Positions 54,600-64,000 of a DNA stretch of 64,000 bases are shown in pieces. The stretch is from Dehalococcoidia bacterium (GTDB lineage: Bacteria; Chloroflexota; Dehalococcoidia; Bin125). The stretch covers positions 771,617-835,616 of the forward strand of contig OZ253456.1 in the NCBI GenBank assembly GCA_965261225.1, given 5' to 3'. Within the stretch, counting starts at the first letter, position 1. Each line of letters begins with the position of its first letter. Under the pieces are notes generated by a model. The model saw nothing but the letters and a program-made list of their open reading frames with translations, had not been told where the DNA came from and did no database searches. A program made the translations under genes and the position numbers.

Positions 54600-54843
54600 G
54601 CAGCTGTGCGGAACAGGGAACCGGACAGCGGCATGCTCACGCCGCGTCAGAATGCCGGAGCCGAAGTGGTCTTAGCGGTGTGGATGGCTAACAGACCACA
54701 GTCCGACCTACCAAACCGGACGAAATCAAGAGCCTTCGAGTTGATCGTCTCGCTGGACCTTTGGTCAGGCCTATGCCGAGTCGTGGCCGGTCGCGCGCAG
54801 GCCGATACCCGGATGCACGGTCAGATCTTGGAAACAGGACAGC

Positions 54844-55581
54844 CTAGCTTGCCGGGTCGATTCCGAGCGACTGCGCAAGTGAGGCGACGGGGGCTACCGC
54901 TTGCTCCACTGCGTTCTCGATCGCACGCTGCCAATATTGCGCGACCGGTTCCAGGTCCTCGGCGCCGAAGCGACGCTCCCGAATATCGAACGAATCGGCG
55001 CGGTAGACCACAGCGTCCACCGGCGGGCCGACGTCTGCAGCGCTCGCCTCCGTCGAGTTGAACGAGAGCAGTCCCAGGCGCAGCGCCCGTTCCAATGAGG
55101 CGTCGTAGCGCAGCGTGCGATCGAGAATGGGTTTCCCGAAGCGGGTGTCGCCGATGATCAGATACGGAGTGCCGCTGGAGACCTCGACCCAGTTGCCCTG
55201 GGGATAGAGCAGGTAGAGGTGAGGAGCGTCATCCTCGACAAACTGGCAGCCGACGATGCAGTGCAGGTCAAAACTTAATCCTGCCTTGATCAGCCACTCA
55301 TTGTCCTCGTTGTAGACCCGCCGCATTTCTTCGGCCAGGGCGTTCACAGCCTGGTAGGAGTATGTGAGTTGGTTCCCGTTCTGTCGCCAGCGTTCCTCGA
55401 AGTAGGTGATCGCCTTGTCGCGAACCGAGCGCAGACCGCTGGTCAGCACGAACATGGCGTGCCCGTCGCCCTGGTGTACGGCGATCTTCTTGGCCGTCGA
55501 CACTTCGGAGCCGCTGGTGATCCGCGTGTCGGCGATCGCGACCAGGCCGTCCCGGCACTTGATGCCCAAACAGAATGTCAT
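54844..55581 (-). CDS. Anbu-type proteasome beta-subunit homologue (peptidase T1 family)
   Basis: 245 aa with N-terminal MTFCLGIKCRDGLVAIADTRITSG.. (Thr directly after Met). It is encoded with alpha-E and cpATP-grasp genes. Confidence 0.75.
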   Translation of the reverse strand: MTFCLGIKCRDGLVAIADTRITSGSEVSTAKKIAVHQGDGHAMFVLTSGLRSVRDKAITYFEERWRQNGNQLTYSYQAVNALAEEMRRVYNEDNEWLIKAGLSFDLHCIVGCQFVEDDAPHLYLLYPQGNWVEVSSGTPYLIIGDTRFGKPILDRTLRYDASLERALRLGLLSFNSTEASAADVGPPVDAVVYRADSFDIRERRFGAEDLEPVAQYWQRAIENAVEQAVAPVASLAQSLGIDPAS

Positions 55582-56561
55582 GTCAAACCTTGGTCAATCT
55601 TCGCTTGGTGTTGAGTTTGGCCGGCGTTGGGCTCTGCGTGGAAGATATCTTCCGTGATGGCGAGGTTGATTTCGATCAATCGCTGCTGGAAGTCGTCGAT
55701 GAACTCGTGCAGACCATCGTCGATGAGATGTTGCATGTCCATGGCGCCGACATCCAGATGCAACATCGCAATGCCTCGTTCGGCTGCTGCTCGTCTGCGT
55801 TTGGGCGTCTGCGCCGTCGCCTGTTGGCAGTGACGCTGGAGCGCCTGCACGCAGAAGGCGAGACTGCGCGGAAACTCCTGCGAGAAGATCAGCAGCTGTG
55901 CCACCTGGATGCCATCGACTTCGCTGTTTCCCATCCGACGGTAGGCCTCCCGGGCCGAAGCTGAGCGCAGCACCGCCATCCAATGGAAGCGGTCGAAGGG
56001 TCCGCCGACCGAATCCCCCCGCGGCAGCAGGATGTGATACTTCGCGTCGATGATGCGGCTAGTCATGTCCGCCCGCTCGAGATACATCCCGCAGCGGAAC
56101 CACTCACGACCTTCATCCCTGAGCACGGTGTTGTCGTAGAGCCCGAGAATCGTCTGCGTGCGCCGCTGAGTCTCTGTGCAGAACTCGTGAAGGTCGTTGA
56201 CGGTGTACCGCTTACGAAGCGCGAGGAACAGATAGATGGCGTTGATCTCCTCCCAGACCTCCCGTGAGATGTGTTCTCGCAGTCCGCGCGCCAGCTCTCG
56301 CGCTTGGACGAGCGTCGAACGCAGCGAGGCCGGGTTTTGCATCGCGTAGATCAGGAATTCCGAATGGGTGAGTTCGGGCGATGCGCTCAGCGAGTCCCGG
56401 AAGAGTTGATTGGAGGCCGTCGTGCTGACCAGGCCGTGCCAAATCTCCTGACCACTCTCGAGCGATACCTCGTGCTCGACACGCACCATCCGGGCAATGT
56501 TCTCGGCGCGCTCCAGGTAGCGTCCGAGCCAGTACAGGTTCTCGGCCACGCGGCTCAGCAT
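55578..56561 (-). CDS. Alpha-E domain protein (DUF403)
   Basis: 327 aa: MLSRVAENLYWLGRYLERAENIARMVRV.. Confidence 0.8.
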   Translation of the reverse strand: MLSRVAENLYWLGRYLERAENIARMVRVEHEVSLESGQEIWHGLVSTTASNQLFRDSLSASPELTHSEFLIYAMQNPASLRSTLVQARELARGLREHISREVWEEINAIYLFLALRKRYTVNDLHEFCTETQRRTQTILGLYDNTVLRDEGREWFRCGMYLERADMTSRIIDAKYHILLPRGDSVGGPFDRFHWMAVLRSASAREAYRRMGNSEVDGIQVAQLLIFSQEFPRSLAFCVQALQRHCQQATAQTPKRRRAAAERGIAMLHLDVGAMDMQHLIDDGLHEFIDDFQQRLIEINLAITEDIFHAEPNAGQTQHQAKIDQGLT

Positions 56562-58021
56562 CAGCCAGGCTCCTCGTTCAGCACCCAGGTGTCCTTGCTG
56601 CCGCCGCCCTGCGAGGAGTTGACGACGTATGATCCCTCACGCAAGGCCACGCGCGTCAGGCCTCCGGGAATTACCCAGGTCTCCTGGCCCGAGAGCACAA
56701 ACGGGCGCAGGTCCGCCCGGCGCGGTTTCAGTTGGTCGTCGTCAAACGTGGGAATCGTGCTGAATTGGAGAAGCGGCTGGGCGATCCAATTTCGCGGCTC
56801 CGCCTCGACCTGGGCCAGCCTCGCCTCGAGTTCGGCGCTTGAGGCTTGTTCGCCAATCAGCACTCCATAGCCGCCGGAGGCGTTGGCGGGCTTGATCACG
56901 AGCTCTCGCGCATGGGCGCGAATGTGTTTCAGCTCGGACGGAACCAGCGGCGAGTAGGTCTCGACGTTCGCGAGGATGGGGTCTTCGTCCAGATAGAAGC
57001 GGATAATCTCGGGCACCCAGCGATAGACGACCTTATCGTCGGCGACGCCGGCGCCGGGTGCATTGACCAGGCTCACGTGACCGTTGAGATAGGCGCGCAT
57101 AAGTCCCGGCACGCCCAACAGCGAGTCCGTCCGGTAGACCGTCGGGTCGAGGAATTCATCGTCAATCCGCCGGTAGATGACGTCGATCCGCTCCAGGCCG
57201 GTGGTCGAGCGCAGGTAGACGAAGTCGTCGTCTCCGACGATCAGGTCGGAGCCCTCGACGAGCGGAAGACCCATCTGGTTGCTGAGAAACGAGTGCTCGA
57301 AGTAGGCGGAGTTATAGATGCCTGGAGTGAGCAGCACCGCACGGGGCGGATCGCTGCTGTCTGCCGGTCGCACGGACAGCAGCATGGCCATGAGCTGGTT
57401 GGGATAATCAGCGACGGCGCGCACGCCCCAGCGAGGGAACAGATCAGGCACGACCCGCAGCATCACGGTACGGTTCTCGAGCACGTATGACACGCCCGAA
57501 GGCGTTCTGAGATTGTCCTCCAGCACGACCAGCCCGCGCTGCTTGTCGCGGAGCAGATCACACCCGGCGACGTGCGCGTAGACATCCAACGGTGGCCGGA
57601 AGCCCGCCATCTCCGGCTTGTAGCCCGGGGAACTCAGGACGATCTCTGCTGGAATCACCTGCTCCTTGATGATTCGCTGCGCCCCATAGATGTCCAGCAG
57701 AAACAGGTTGAGTGCTTGCAGGCGCTGTTTCAGGCCGGCTTCGACGTCCGACCACTCTTGCGCTCCGATGATCCGCGGGATCAAGGAAAACGGGAAGATT
57801 CGCTCCGTTCCTTCATCCTCCGAATAGACGTTGAAGGTGATACCCGCGCTTAACAGCGCGAGGTCCGCGCGCTCCTCGCGTTGCAGGTGATCCTCCAGCG
57901 ACCAGCCTTGCAGAATCTCGCCAAGCTTTCGGTAGTCACTCCGGAACGCTCCGGTTTCGTCGAACATTTCATCGTCCGACAAATCGGCGGCCTGATAGCC
58001 CTGTAGGAGATCGTTCGTCAT
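56561..58021 (-). CDS. Circularly permuted type-2 ATP-grasp protein (DUF404/DUF407)
   Basis: 486 aa: ..GITFNVYSEDEGTERIFPFSLIPRII.., ..LVVLEDNLRTPSGVSYVLENR.., ..ELVIKPANASGGYGVLIG.. Confidence 0.8.
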   Translation of the reverse strand: MTNDLLQGYQAADLSDDEMFDETGAFRSDYRKLGEILQGWSLEDHLQREERADLALLSAGITFNVYSEDEGTERIFPFSLIPRIIGAQEWSDVEAGLKQRLQALNLFLLDIYGAQRIIKEQVIPAEIVLSSPGYKPEMAGFRPPLDVYAHVAGCDLLRDKQRGLVVLEDNLRTPSGVSYVLENRTVMLRVVPDLFPRWGVRAVADYPNQLMAMLLSVRPADSSDPPRAVLLTPGIYNSAYFEHSFLSNQMGLPLVEGSDLIVGDDDFVYLRSTTGLERIDVIYRRIDDEFLDPTVYRTDSLLGVPGLMRAYLNGHVSLVNAPGAGVADDKVVYRWVPEIIRFYLDEDPILANVETYSPLVPSELKHIRAHARELVIKPANASGGYGVLIGEQASSAELEARLAQVEAEPRNWIAQPLLQFSTIPTFDDDQLKPRRADLRPFVLSGQETWVIPGGLTRVALREGSYVVNSSQGGGSKDTWVLNEEPG

Positions 58022-58292
58022 AGCCTGAGCCTATAGGCCAAACATCTACCGCAGCAGTCAGCGCCGCCAGGCACGACGAAGCGCGATCCAGCGGTCAGTC
58101 TGTCCAGATGCTCCGGAGAATGGAACGCGAGATACGGCGGCGTTGGCATTTGGGCATTGAGTAGCGATTGAGCGCCTGGCTCCAGCTCGATGATCCGTTT
58201 GCTGAAGACCTCGTTAACGCACAGCGCCTCGCATGCGCTGATTGGTCGGGTGCGGGCGATCGGATGGAGAACGCTGGGGTTCCCGCGTTGTG

Positions 58293-58500
58293 GAGACCGA
58301 TGCGTAACTCCAGCACTCCCGGTTTTCCGTCCCCGCCCCCGAGCGGGGACCTGCCCCCGTTCCCCACAGGCCGAACGACAAGGGTGCGGTGCATATCTGG
58401 TGAAGAGCGACCACGAGGTCGTAGCCTCGAGAAGCGGAACGGGTCCCCGCTCGGGGGCGGGGACGGACAAGATCTCCAAGCGCGACTTTTTCAAAGGTCT
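58293..58500. repeat. Solo copy of the roughly 200-bp family B composite element
   Basis: gagaccgatgcgtaac...ccgtccccgcccccgagcggggacc...gcatatctggtgaagagcgacc...gggtccccgctcgggggcggggacgg...aagcgcgactttttcaaaggtct, collinear with 22211..22409. Confidence 0.75.
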
Positions 58501-59210
58501 CGTTGTGGGACTTGAACCGTGCGCAGATTGCGGCGCATCCGAGGTTCCGAGTCGGCCCCTATAGCGCCACCTCCCAGGCGAACGTTCGCAGTATGGTCTC
58601 GCTTGGTGCTCTCGATCGCCTGCCAGATTCGGTCCAGCCGGCGTCTCAGACTCCGCACCATGGTCGGCGAGGTCTGGATCGTCATGCCTCGGCGCGGCCT
58701 TCAGCCGGGTCCCGTCGCAAACGACCGAACACGCTGCGGCGAATGGGCAGATGGCAACGATGAAGCCGGAGAGCTCTGCCTTCATGGCGCGCGGTACGTT
58801 GGCGAGGGCAAACGCACCCGATGGCGTAGGCATTGGTACTCGTAGAGCGTGCAACTGCCGTATGCAACCGTACATACAATTGACCGTGGAAACGCATGCT
58901 GCAAGAAGGTGCATATCGTTTCCGAATATACGGACATGCGCCGCCAATCTATCACCATAACGTTGAGTACAAATGCCTACCAGGAAGTGTTGCATCACGG
59001 CCCTTGTGCAGTCCCTTGCCGCGGCTATAGGCTTGCATGCAGTGCCGAGGCCCAACGGCAGCCCATTGGAGTTGTTCCGTACAAATCGGAGCAAGTAGGC
59101 TTCGTTGGAACCAAGGCGATCATCACCAGCCCTACAGACCAAACGACGACGGGTCCAACAGCGGCCAAGCAGGGCCGACAGCCGTTGTATTCGAATGTAA
59201 AGGTGCGGAA

Positions 59211-62200
59211 ATGGCTATGAAACTGCCCGCGATCCGAACCATTCAGTCCTCCGCTCATCTTCAGCGAACGTCCGAAGCCGGAGTGCGACCGAGGAGGTTC
59301 CGGCCGCGGCCCGTCCTGGCCCTGGCGGTCCTGCTGCTGGCTGTTGTGAGCTTCGTGGGCGTGGGGGGGGGGGGGGGGGGGGGGTCCTCTCGGTTGCCCA
59401 GGCTCAGCAATCCGATGGCGCTATCAGCGACCTGACCCTGACCAGCGACACCCCCGGCGTCCTTGACGTCGCCTGGGACGCGCCCAGCGGCGACGCCCCG
59501 ACCGACTACCGGGTCAACTGGGCACGCAGCGATGCGGACTGGCCCTCATGGACCGACGAGTCCGCCAACCTGCACCCGACAACTACCAGCCAGCAGCTCA
59601 CCGGACTCGTCCAGGGCGCGGAGTATAAAGTCCGCGTCCGCGCCCGCTACCACAAGGGCGCCCACGCCGCCAGCCCCTGGAGCGGACCCTGGGACGACGC
59701 CACCCACACAGTCGCCGCCGCCGTCAGCGTCCCAATGGTCGTGCAGCCCCAGCAGGACCCAGGCGCCATTGCCGGCCTGACCCTGACCAGCGACACGACC
59801 GGCGTGCTTGACGTCGCCTGGGACGCGCCCGCCGGCGACGCCCCGACCGACTACCGGGTCAACTGGGCACGCAGCGATGCGGACTGGCCCTCATGGACCG
59901 ACGAGTCCGCCAACCTGCACCCGACAAGCACCAGCCAGCAGATCGCCGAGCTCGTCCAGGGCGCGGAGTACAAGGTCCGCGTCCGCGCCCGCTACCACAA
60001 GGGCGCCCACGCCGCCAGCCCCTGGAGCGGACCCTGGGACGAAGCCACCCAGACAGTCGCCGCGGCGCCCACAGTAGGCCCCCGCACTGTCGACGAGCCG
60101 CCAATCACGCCGCCCCCGCCAGTCACGCTGACCCCGCCCGTGCTGACCGTCATCGAGCCCGAAGAGCCCGTGCTCAACGTCTTCAAGCCCGAAGAGCCCC
60201 TGTCCTCCCCGTCCCTGCTCACCGTGATCAAGCTCGACGGGCCCGTGCGCGACGCGCCCGTGCTGACCCCGCCCGTGCTCAACGTGATCAAGCCCGACGA
60301 GCCCGTGCTGACCCCGCCCACGTTCACCGTCATCGAGCCCGAAGACACCGATGAGCCCGACGAGCCCCTCATTTCACTCCGGCAGCACAGCAGCGGCCAA
60401 CCCGTGCAACTCGCCGGTAACGAAGGAGAAACCGCCAGCGGCACTGTGACCGTCGGACCCCAGGGTGCGGCGTACCGGGCCGCGGCTGTCTCCTTCACGC
60501 CGGGCAGCGGCGCCGCCTGGTACGAACTCAGCTCCATCAAATTCACCGCCGGGACGGCCTCAACCTTGTCAACCGCTACTCCGGTGCGCGTGACGATCCA
60601 CCTCGACAACGGCGGCAACCGTCCCGCCGAGAGCGCCCTGTACGTCGCCTACGCCCTTTTCGCCTCGGCTCAAATGTCGGCTGCGGCTATGGAGGCGAGG
60701 TTCCCGGCCCACGCGATACTCCAGCCCAACACCAAGTACTGGGTGGTCTTCCACGAGTTGAGCGGGCTGCGTTCCTTCACCCTCAATAAGACACTTTCCG
60801 ACGACGAAGACAGCGGTTCCGGCTTCGCAATCGGCGACGATGCGTACACGATCGACTACCTGGCCGTGACCTCGGCCAACACCTGGAGCGTTGTCAGCCC
60901 TGCTGCGGCCATCAAGTTGTCGTTCTGGGGTTATGCGGCGACTGAGGCTGTGCTGGTCGGCGCGCATGGGCTGCGCGACACTGCTGCCGACGGTCCGTTG
61001 TTGCGGTTCGGCAACGAGCGTATCACGAAGGTGTGGCTGAACCTGCCCAAGAATGGCGCCTTTACAGGCGCCGGGAACCCGCGGTTCGTGTGCGAACCGT
61101 CGGCCCGTCAGGACGACGGGGTCGACGGCAACGCAGACGACAGCGAGACGTCGTGGCGGCTGTGCAGCTCGAACCGTCATCACGATCAGCTCTGGGCCGG
61201 CGGGCGGTCGTTCACCGCGGGGCCGAACCCGTCCGGGTACACGATCACCGCCCTCGGCGCGGACATCGACCACAAGGTCGGCACGATCACTCCGACCGCG
61301 GAGCTCTATCCCGTCGCTGCCTTCCAGCGCGCGTTGGGCGACCGGGCCCTCGATCCCAGGGGCTCGGCGCTGGCGACTTATCGGGCGGCGAACACGACTG
61401 CGTCGCCTGACCGGTTCGCTCGCGTGTCGGGCCCCGAACGGCTCCAGGTCGACCCCGGCTCCACGTTGGTGGCGTACTTCTCCAACGCGGCCAGCAACAT
61501 CCAGGGCGCTCATAACTATTTCGAGATGCCCAACGCCGCGGAGGGCATGGATGGCGGCGGCGAGTCCGGCTGGAGCCTCGGCGGGGAGTACGGCCGCCGG
61601 TTCGATTACCCGTACTGGTTCTTCCCCGGGATCAGCTTGAACGCAACCGGAGGCCTCCTGAAGCGGATCCCGCTCAACGTCTACGGCTGGCCCAACCAGC
61701 CACCGGCCACCACCCACAAACCCGAGCAGCCCCGGGTCGACCTTGGCAGTGTGAGGCTGCTCGACAACCTGGGCTCGTCGATGGATTTCGAGGTCAAGGT
61801 TTCCGGCACCGACGCCTCGCTCGCGCAGGCGTTCACGACCGGGACCCACGTATCGACCCGGAGCAACACAGATGGCTACGCGGCGGCACGGTTGCAGGTC
61901 AGGGTCGCGTCCACGGAGGGGTTCGTGGGCGGGCTGACGGCCGCCATCCACGCGGACGACGACGGGCAACCGGCGACAGCGGCGCTGAAGGTGATGAGCC
62001 TGCAGGCCTACCCGCGCCCGGGCGTCGCCACCTTCTACGCTCCCGGCCTTAAGCTCACACTCGCGGCGGACACGACCTACTGGGTGGTCGTCGGCGCGCC
62101 GACGAGCATGACAAGGGCTCGCGAGATCGGGCTTGGTTCGACCGAGGACAGCTACGACGAATGCGTCGCCGGGGACTGGTCGTTCGCCGGCGTCGTCCAT

Positions 62201-62662
62201 GAGTATGACGGCGCCACACTGAATCCGCTGGAAGGTCTCCGTCTCCAGATGGCGATCGAGGGCTCCAAGAGATCTGGCACGGCCAGATCCTTCGAGCCGG
62301 CCTGCGGCCGGCTGATCCCCGACGGCCCCGCCGTGAACGGCCGTCTCGTCCACACCGCGGACGCGAACGGCTTCCTCAACGTGGGCGACACAGACTGGTT
62401 CGTGGTCAAGCTCGTTGCCGGCGTGAAATACCGGTTCGAGATCGGGACAGGCAAGTCGTACTACCGGCTCAGGATCTACGACCACGCGAATATACATCTC
62501 CAAGCGAGCGTCGACCCCGCATCAGGAGGTTCAGACCCCGATCGAAGCGGCATCCTGAATTACACGCCTGACAACACGGGCATCTACTACGTGTCCGTGT
62601 CGGCCCCGAAGGGCGGGCTCGGGACGCGGGAGTACAGCCTGTCCGCCCGAATAATCCCGTGA
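59211..62662 (+). CDS. Large secreted/surface protein (two FN3-like repeats, Pro-rich spacer, large central domain, C-terminal PPC domain), out of frame at a poly-G tract
   Basis: The N-terminal ORF (frame of 59037..59435; ATG 59211 after AAAGGTG) encodes MAMKLPAIRT...RPVLALAVLLLAVVSFVGV(G)n. After the G-run, the frame of ORF 59735..62662 is already open from about 59384 and reads VLSVAQAQQSDGAISDLTLTSD.., an AQA signal-peptidase site. The C-terminal ..GDTDWFVVKLVAGVKYRFEI...IYYVSVSAP..GTREYSLS.. is PPC-like. Confidence 0.7.
59363..59384 (+). repeat. Homopolymeric G tract (22 G by my count)
   Basis: Read directly: gtg + gggggggggggggggggggg + tcc. It lies within the signal-peptide coding region of the large surface protein. 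Confidence 0.9.
59429..60118 (+). repeat. Tandem duplication, 2 x 345 bp (115 aa), encoding FN3-like modules
   Basis: The unit starting gacctgaccctgaccagcgacac at 59429 recurs at 59774. The two copies are nearly identical for about the first 290 nt of each unit and then diverge. Confidence 0.85.
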
Positions 62663-63147
62663 TCGCCCGATCTCGACGACCGCTCCGCTGATCTGTCCAG
62701 CGGGGCCGTCGTCGAGATTCGCACGGGTGCGCAGGGTCTGAGGATCGTCGTCCACGACCAGCGCGCGCAGGGGCTGGCTGCCATATCCGGCCCGGGCCGA
62801 GGCCGACGGCGCCAGATACCGGTCAACCCGCTCACACGCCGCTCACACGCCGCTCACCCTGACCCTGAGTGGAACGCAGATGTGCGAAACGGATGGTGGA
62901 GTTGGCGGATTCTCCTCGCGGTTTGACGGCGGAATGCGTTACCACGTCTACCTCGGCATCATGGACATGGCCGAAGTACCGGTGCGCTGCCCGACGCCCA
63001 TGGCTGTGCCCGCGCGCCGACGGTCAGGATTGAGCTCGACTTCCGCACCGAAGGTCACTGACTGTCAATGCTCGGCGAAGAGGCGCCCGACGGATGAGTT
63101 TGCAGCGTCGCATTGCCGCCGCGCTGAGACCGTTGCTGGGGCTGGAC

Positions 63148-63471
63148 TCAGTCCTTGGACCAGTAACCCTGATCCGACGGGAACATCGTCGAGGTTCGCG
63201 TGATCTCGACATCGCCCTCGAGCGTGTCGCGGGCGGCCGACCAGACGGCGTAGTGCGGCGCGGCTCGGTGGGCGGCCATCGCGGCTTCGTCTTCGTAGAC
63301 CTCGTAGAAGTAGTAGGTCAGCTCGTCTTCGGTGTCCTGCAGGACGTTGAAGCGCATGCAGCCCGGCTCGTCCCCTTCGGAGCCGAGTGCATCGACCTCG
63401 ATCGCGTGGAGAAACTTCTCCAGCCCGTCGGACTTGACCTTGACCTTGACCCAAATGGCGATGTTACTCAT
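63148..63471 (-). CDS. Antibiotic-biosynthesis-monooxygenase (ABM) domain protein
   Basis: 107 aa: MSNIAIWVKVKVKSDGLEKFLHAIEVDALGSEGDEPGCMRFNVLQDTEDELTYYFYEVYEDEAAMAAHRAAPHY.. Confidence 0.75.
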   Translation of the reverse strand: MSNIAIWVKVKVKSDGLEKFLHAIEVDALGSEGDEPGCMRFNVLQDTEDELTYYFYEVYEDEAAMAAHRAAPHYAVWSAARDTLEGDVEITRTSTMFPSDQGYWSKD

Positions 63472-64000
63472 GCGTTCTCTTCCAAATCCTGTTCCTGCCG
63501 CTTCCTGGTTGCGGCGCTCAGGCTAGTGCCTGTTCAGGCAGGCGGCGATGTGTTCATTCGAGGGGTTTGTTGTGGTCATGGCAGTTTCAGGTTTCAGGTG
63601 GAACTTTTTTCTGGGGGTGGTTCGGCGACGATCTCCCGTGCATGGCTAGAGATCGTGGTTCAGGTCTTTCAGGTTTTTTCAGGTTTTTTCGGTCTGGATG
63701 AGGGAACTCTGGTCGGTTTTTGTTCGGATTTGTTCGGATCTGTGCGGATTGGGAGGAAGCGGTTCGGTGGGTTGTCGCGCGGTGCGCGGCCGGTGTTCGA
63801 GGTCGTGGGTTGTTGAAAGGTGTGGGGTTGCCATTGGCTCCGCCTTTCGAGCGCTCATGTGTTCTAATGTTAGCGTGGCTCGGCGGGGTCGGAGCTCAGG
63901 CGCATGGGTTGGTCTGGGGTTGGAGGTCGCGGGTGTTCTGAGCGAACCAGCCTTTGCGGCAGGGTGCTAGCTTGTCGCTGAGTTCGGCAACATCGACCAA

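Noticed and set aside
58018-59142. 374-aa minus-strand ORF upstream of the ATP-grasp gene
   Set aside because: It reads through a family B repeat element (58293-58500) and has no recognisable family. The region is more likely non-coding or regulatory. I could not identify any gene between 58505 and 59210.
59429-60118. Diversity-generating retroelement (template/variable repeat pair)
   Set aside because: Differences between the two 345-bp copies are few and not restricted to adenine positions. Both copies are coding modules of the same protein, and no reverse transcriptase gene is nearby.
60569-62503. 644-aa minus-strand ORF
   Set aside because: It is antisense to the large surface-protein gene and has no motifs. 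The plus-strand frame carries domain-like sequence (PPC domain, FN3-like repeats).
62660-62960. Read-through of the TGA ending the surface-protein gene, since the open frame continues for about 85 codons
   Set aside because: The downstream translation has no domain-like features, there is no convincing hairpin at the right offset, and the PPC domain is complete before the stop.
63540-63800. ttcaggt / gttcggatttgttcgg short direct repeats as a regulatory array or gene
   Set aside because: It is low-complexity DNA similar to the tail region of the 22465..23307 gene. No consistent ORF or known motif was found. It is noted only as related repeat DNA.
63896-64000. Possible 3' end of a minus-strand gene entering from the right edge (..LVDVAELSDKLAPCRKGWFAQNTRDLQPQTNPCA*)
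   Set aside because: Only 34 codons are visible and no motif is present, so it cannot be supported from this window alone.

Overview
High-GC bacterial chromosomal segment. Gene content and repeat families look Chloroflexota/Thermomicrobia-like or actinobacterial, but I cannot assign it. No rRNA, tRNA or CRISPR array was recognised.

Left to right:
1. A truncated AAA ATPase.
2. An operon of four tandem, translationally coupled DsbA-like lipoprotein genes. The ORF track splits each one at a single in-frame TGA. That TGA sits exactly on the first Cys of the CxxC redox motif and is followed by a conserved hairpin, so these are four predicted selenocysteine (UxxC) oxidoreductases.
3. An NYN-domain pseudogene and a DUF885 gene.
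4. A mobile or defence-like island at about 6.8-15.1 kb. It holds a methyltransferase remnant, lower-GC orphan genes, a PaREP1/HEPN-like protein, an orphan phage terminase and a co-oriented cluster. That cluster contains VapBC, a 1015-aa fused N6-adenine methyltransferase and four paralogous tail-anchored mini-proteins.
5. A catabolic region rich in family III (CaiB-like) CoA-transferases, six domains in five genes. It also carries HicAB, acyl-CoA carboxyltransferase, an FAD oxidoreductase, an MFS transporter, acyl-CoA dehydrogenase, LutC and a LutB-LutA fusion, an amidohydrolase and thiolase/DUF35.
6. amt-glnK, an AddB/AddA-like nuclease-helicase pair, and a second, degraded amt.
7. A fifth predicted selenoprotein gene (UGSC motif) with its own hairpin.
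8. An IS5-family remnant next to a helicase fragment.
9. An Anbu-type proteasome homologue with alpha-E and circularly permuted ATP-grasp genes.
10. A large secreted FN3/PPC-domain protein whose signal peptide is put out of frame by a 22-G homopolymer.

At least five families of short palindromic or MITE-like repeats fill the intergenic regions. Two copies have been absorbed in-frame into coding sequence.

The most interesting signals are the tandem Sec-DsbA array, the UGSC locus, the methyltransferase plus four-mini-protein cluster, the poly-G switch and the exonised repeats.
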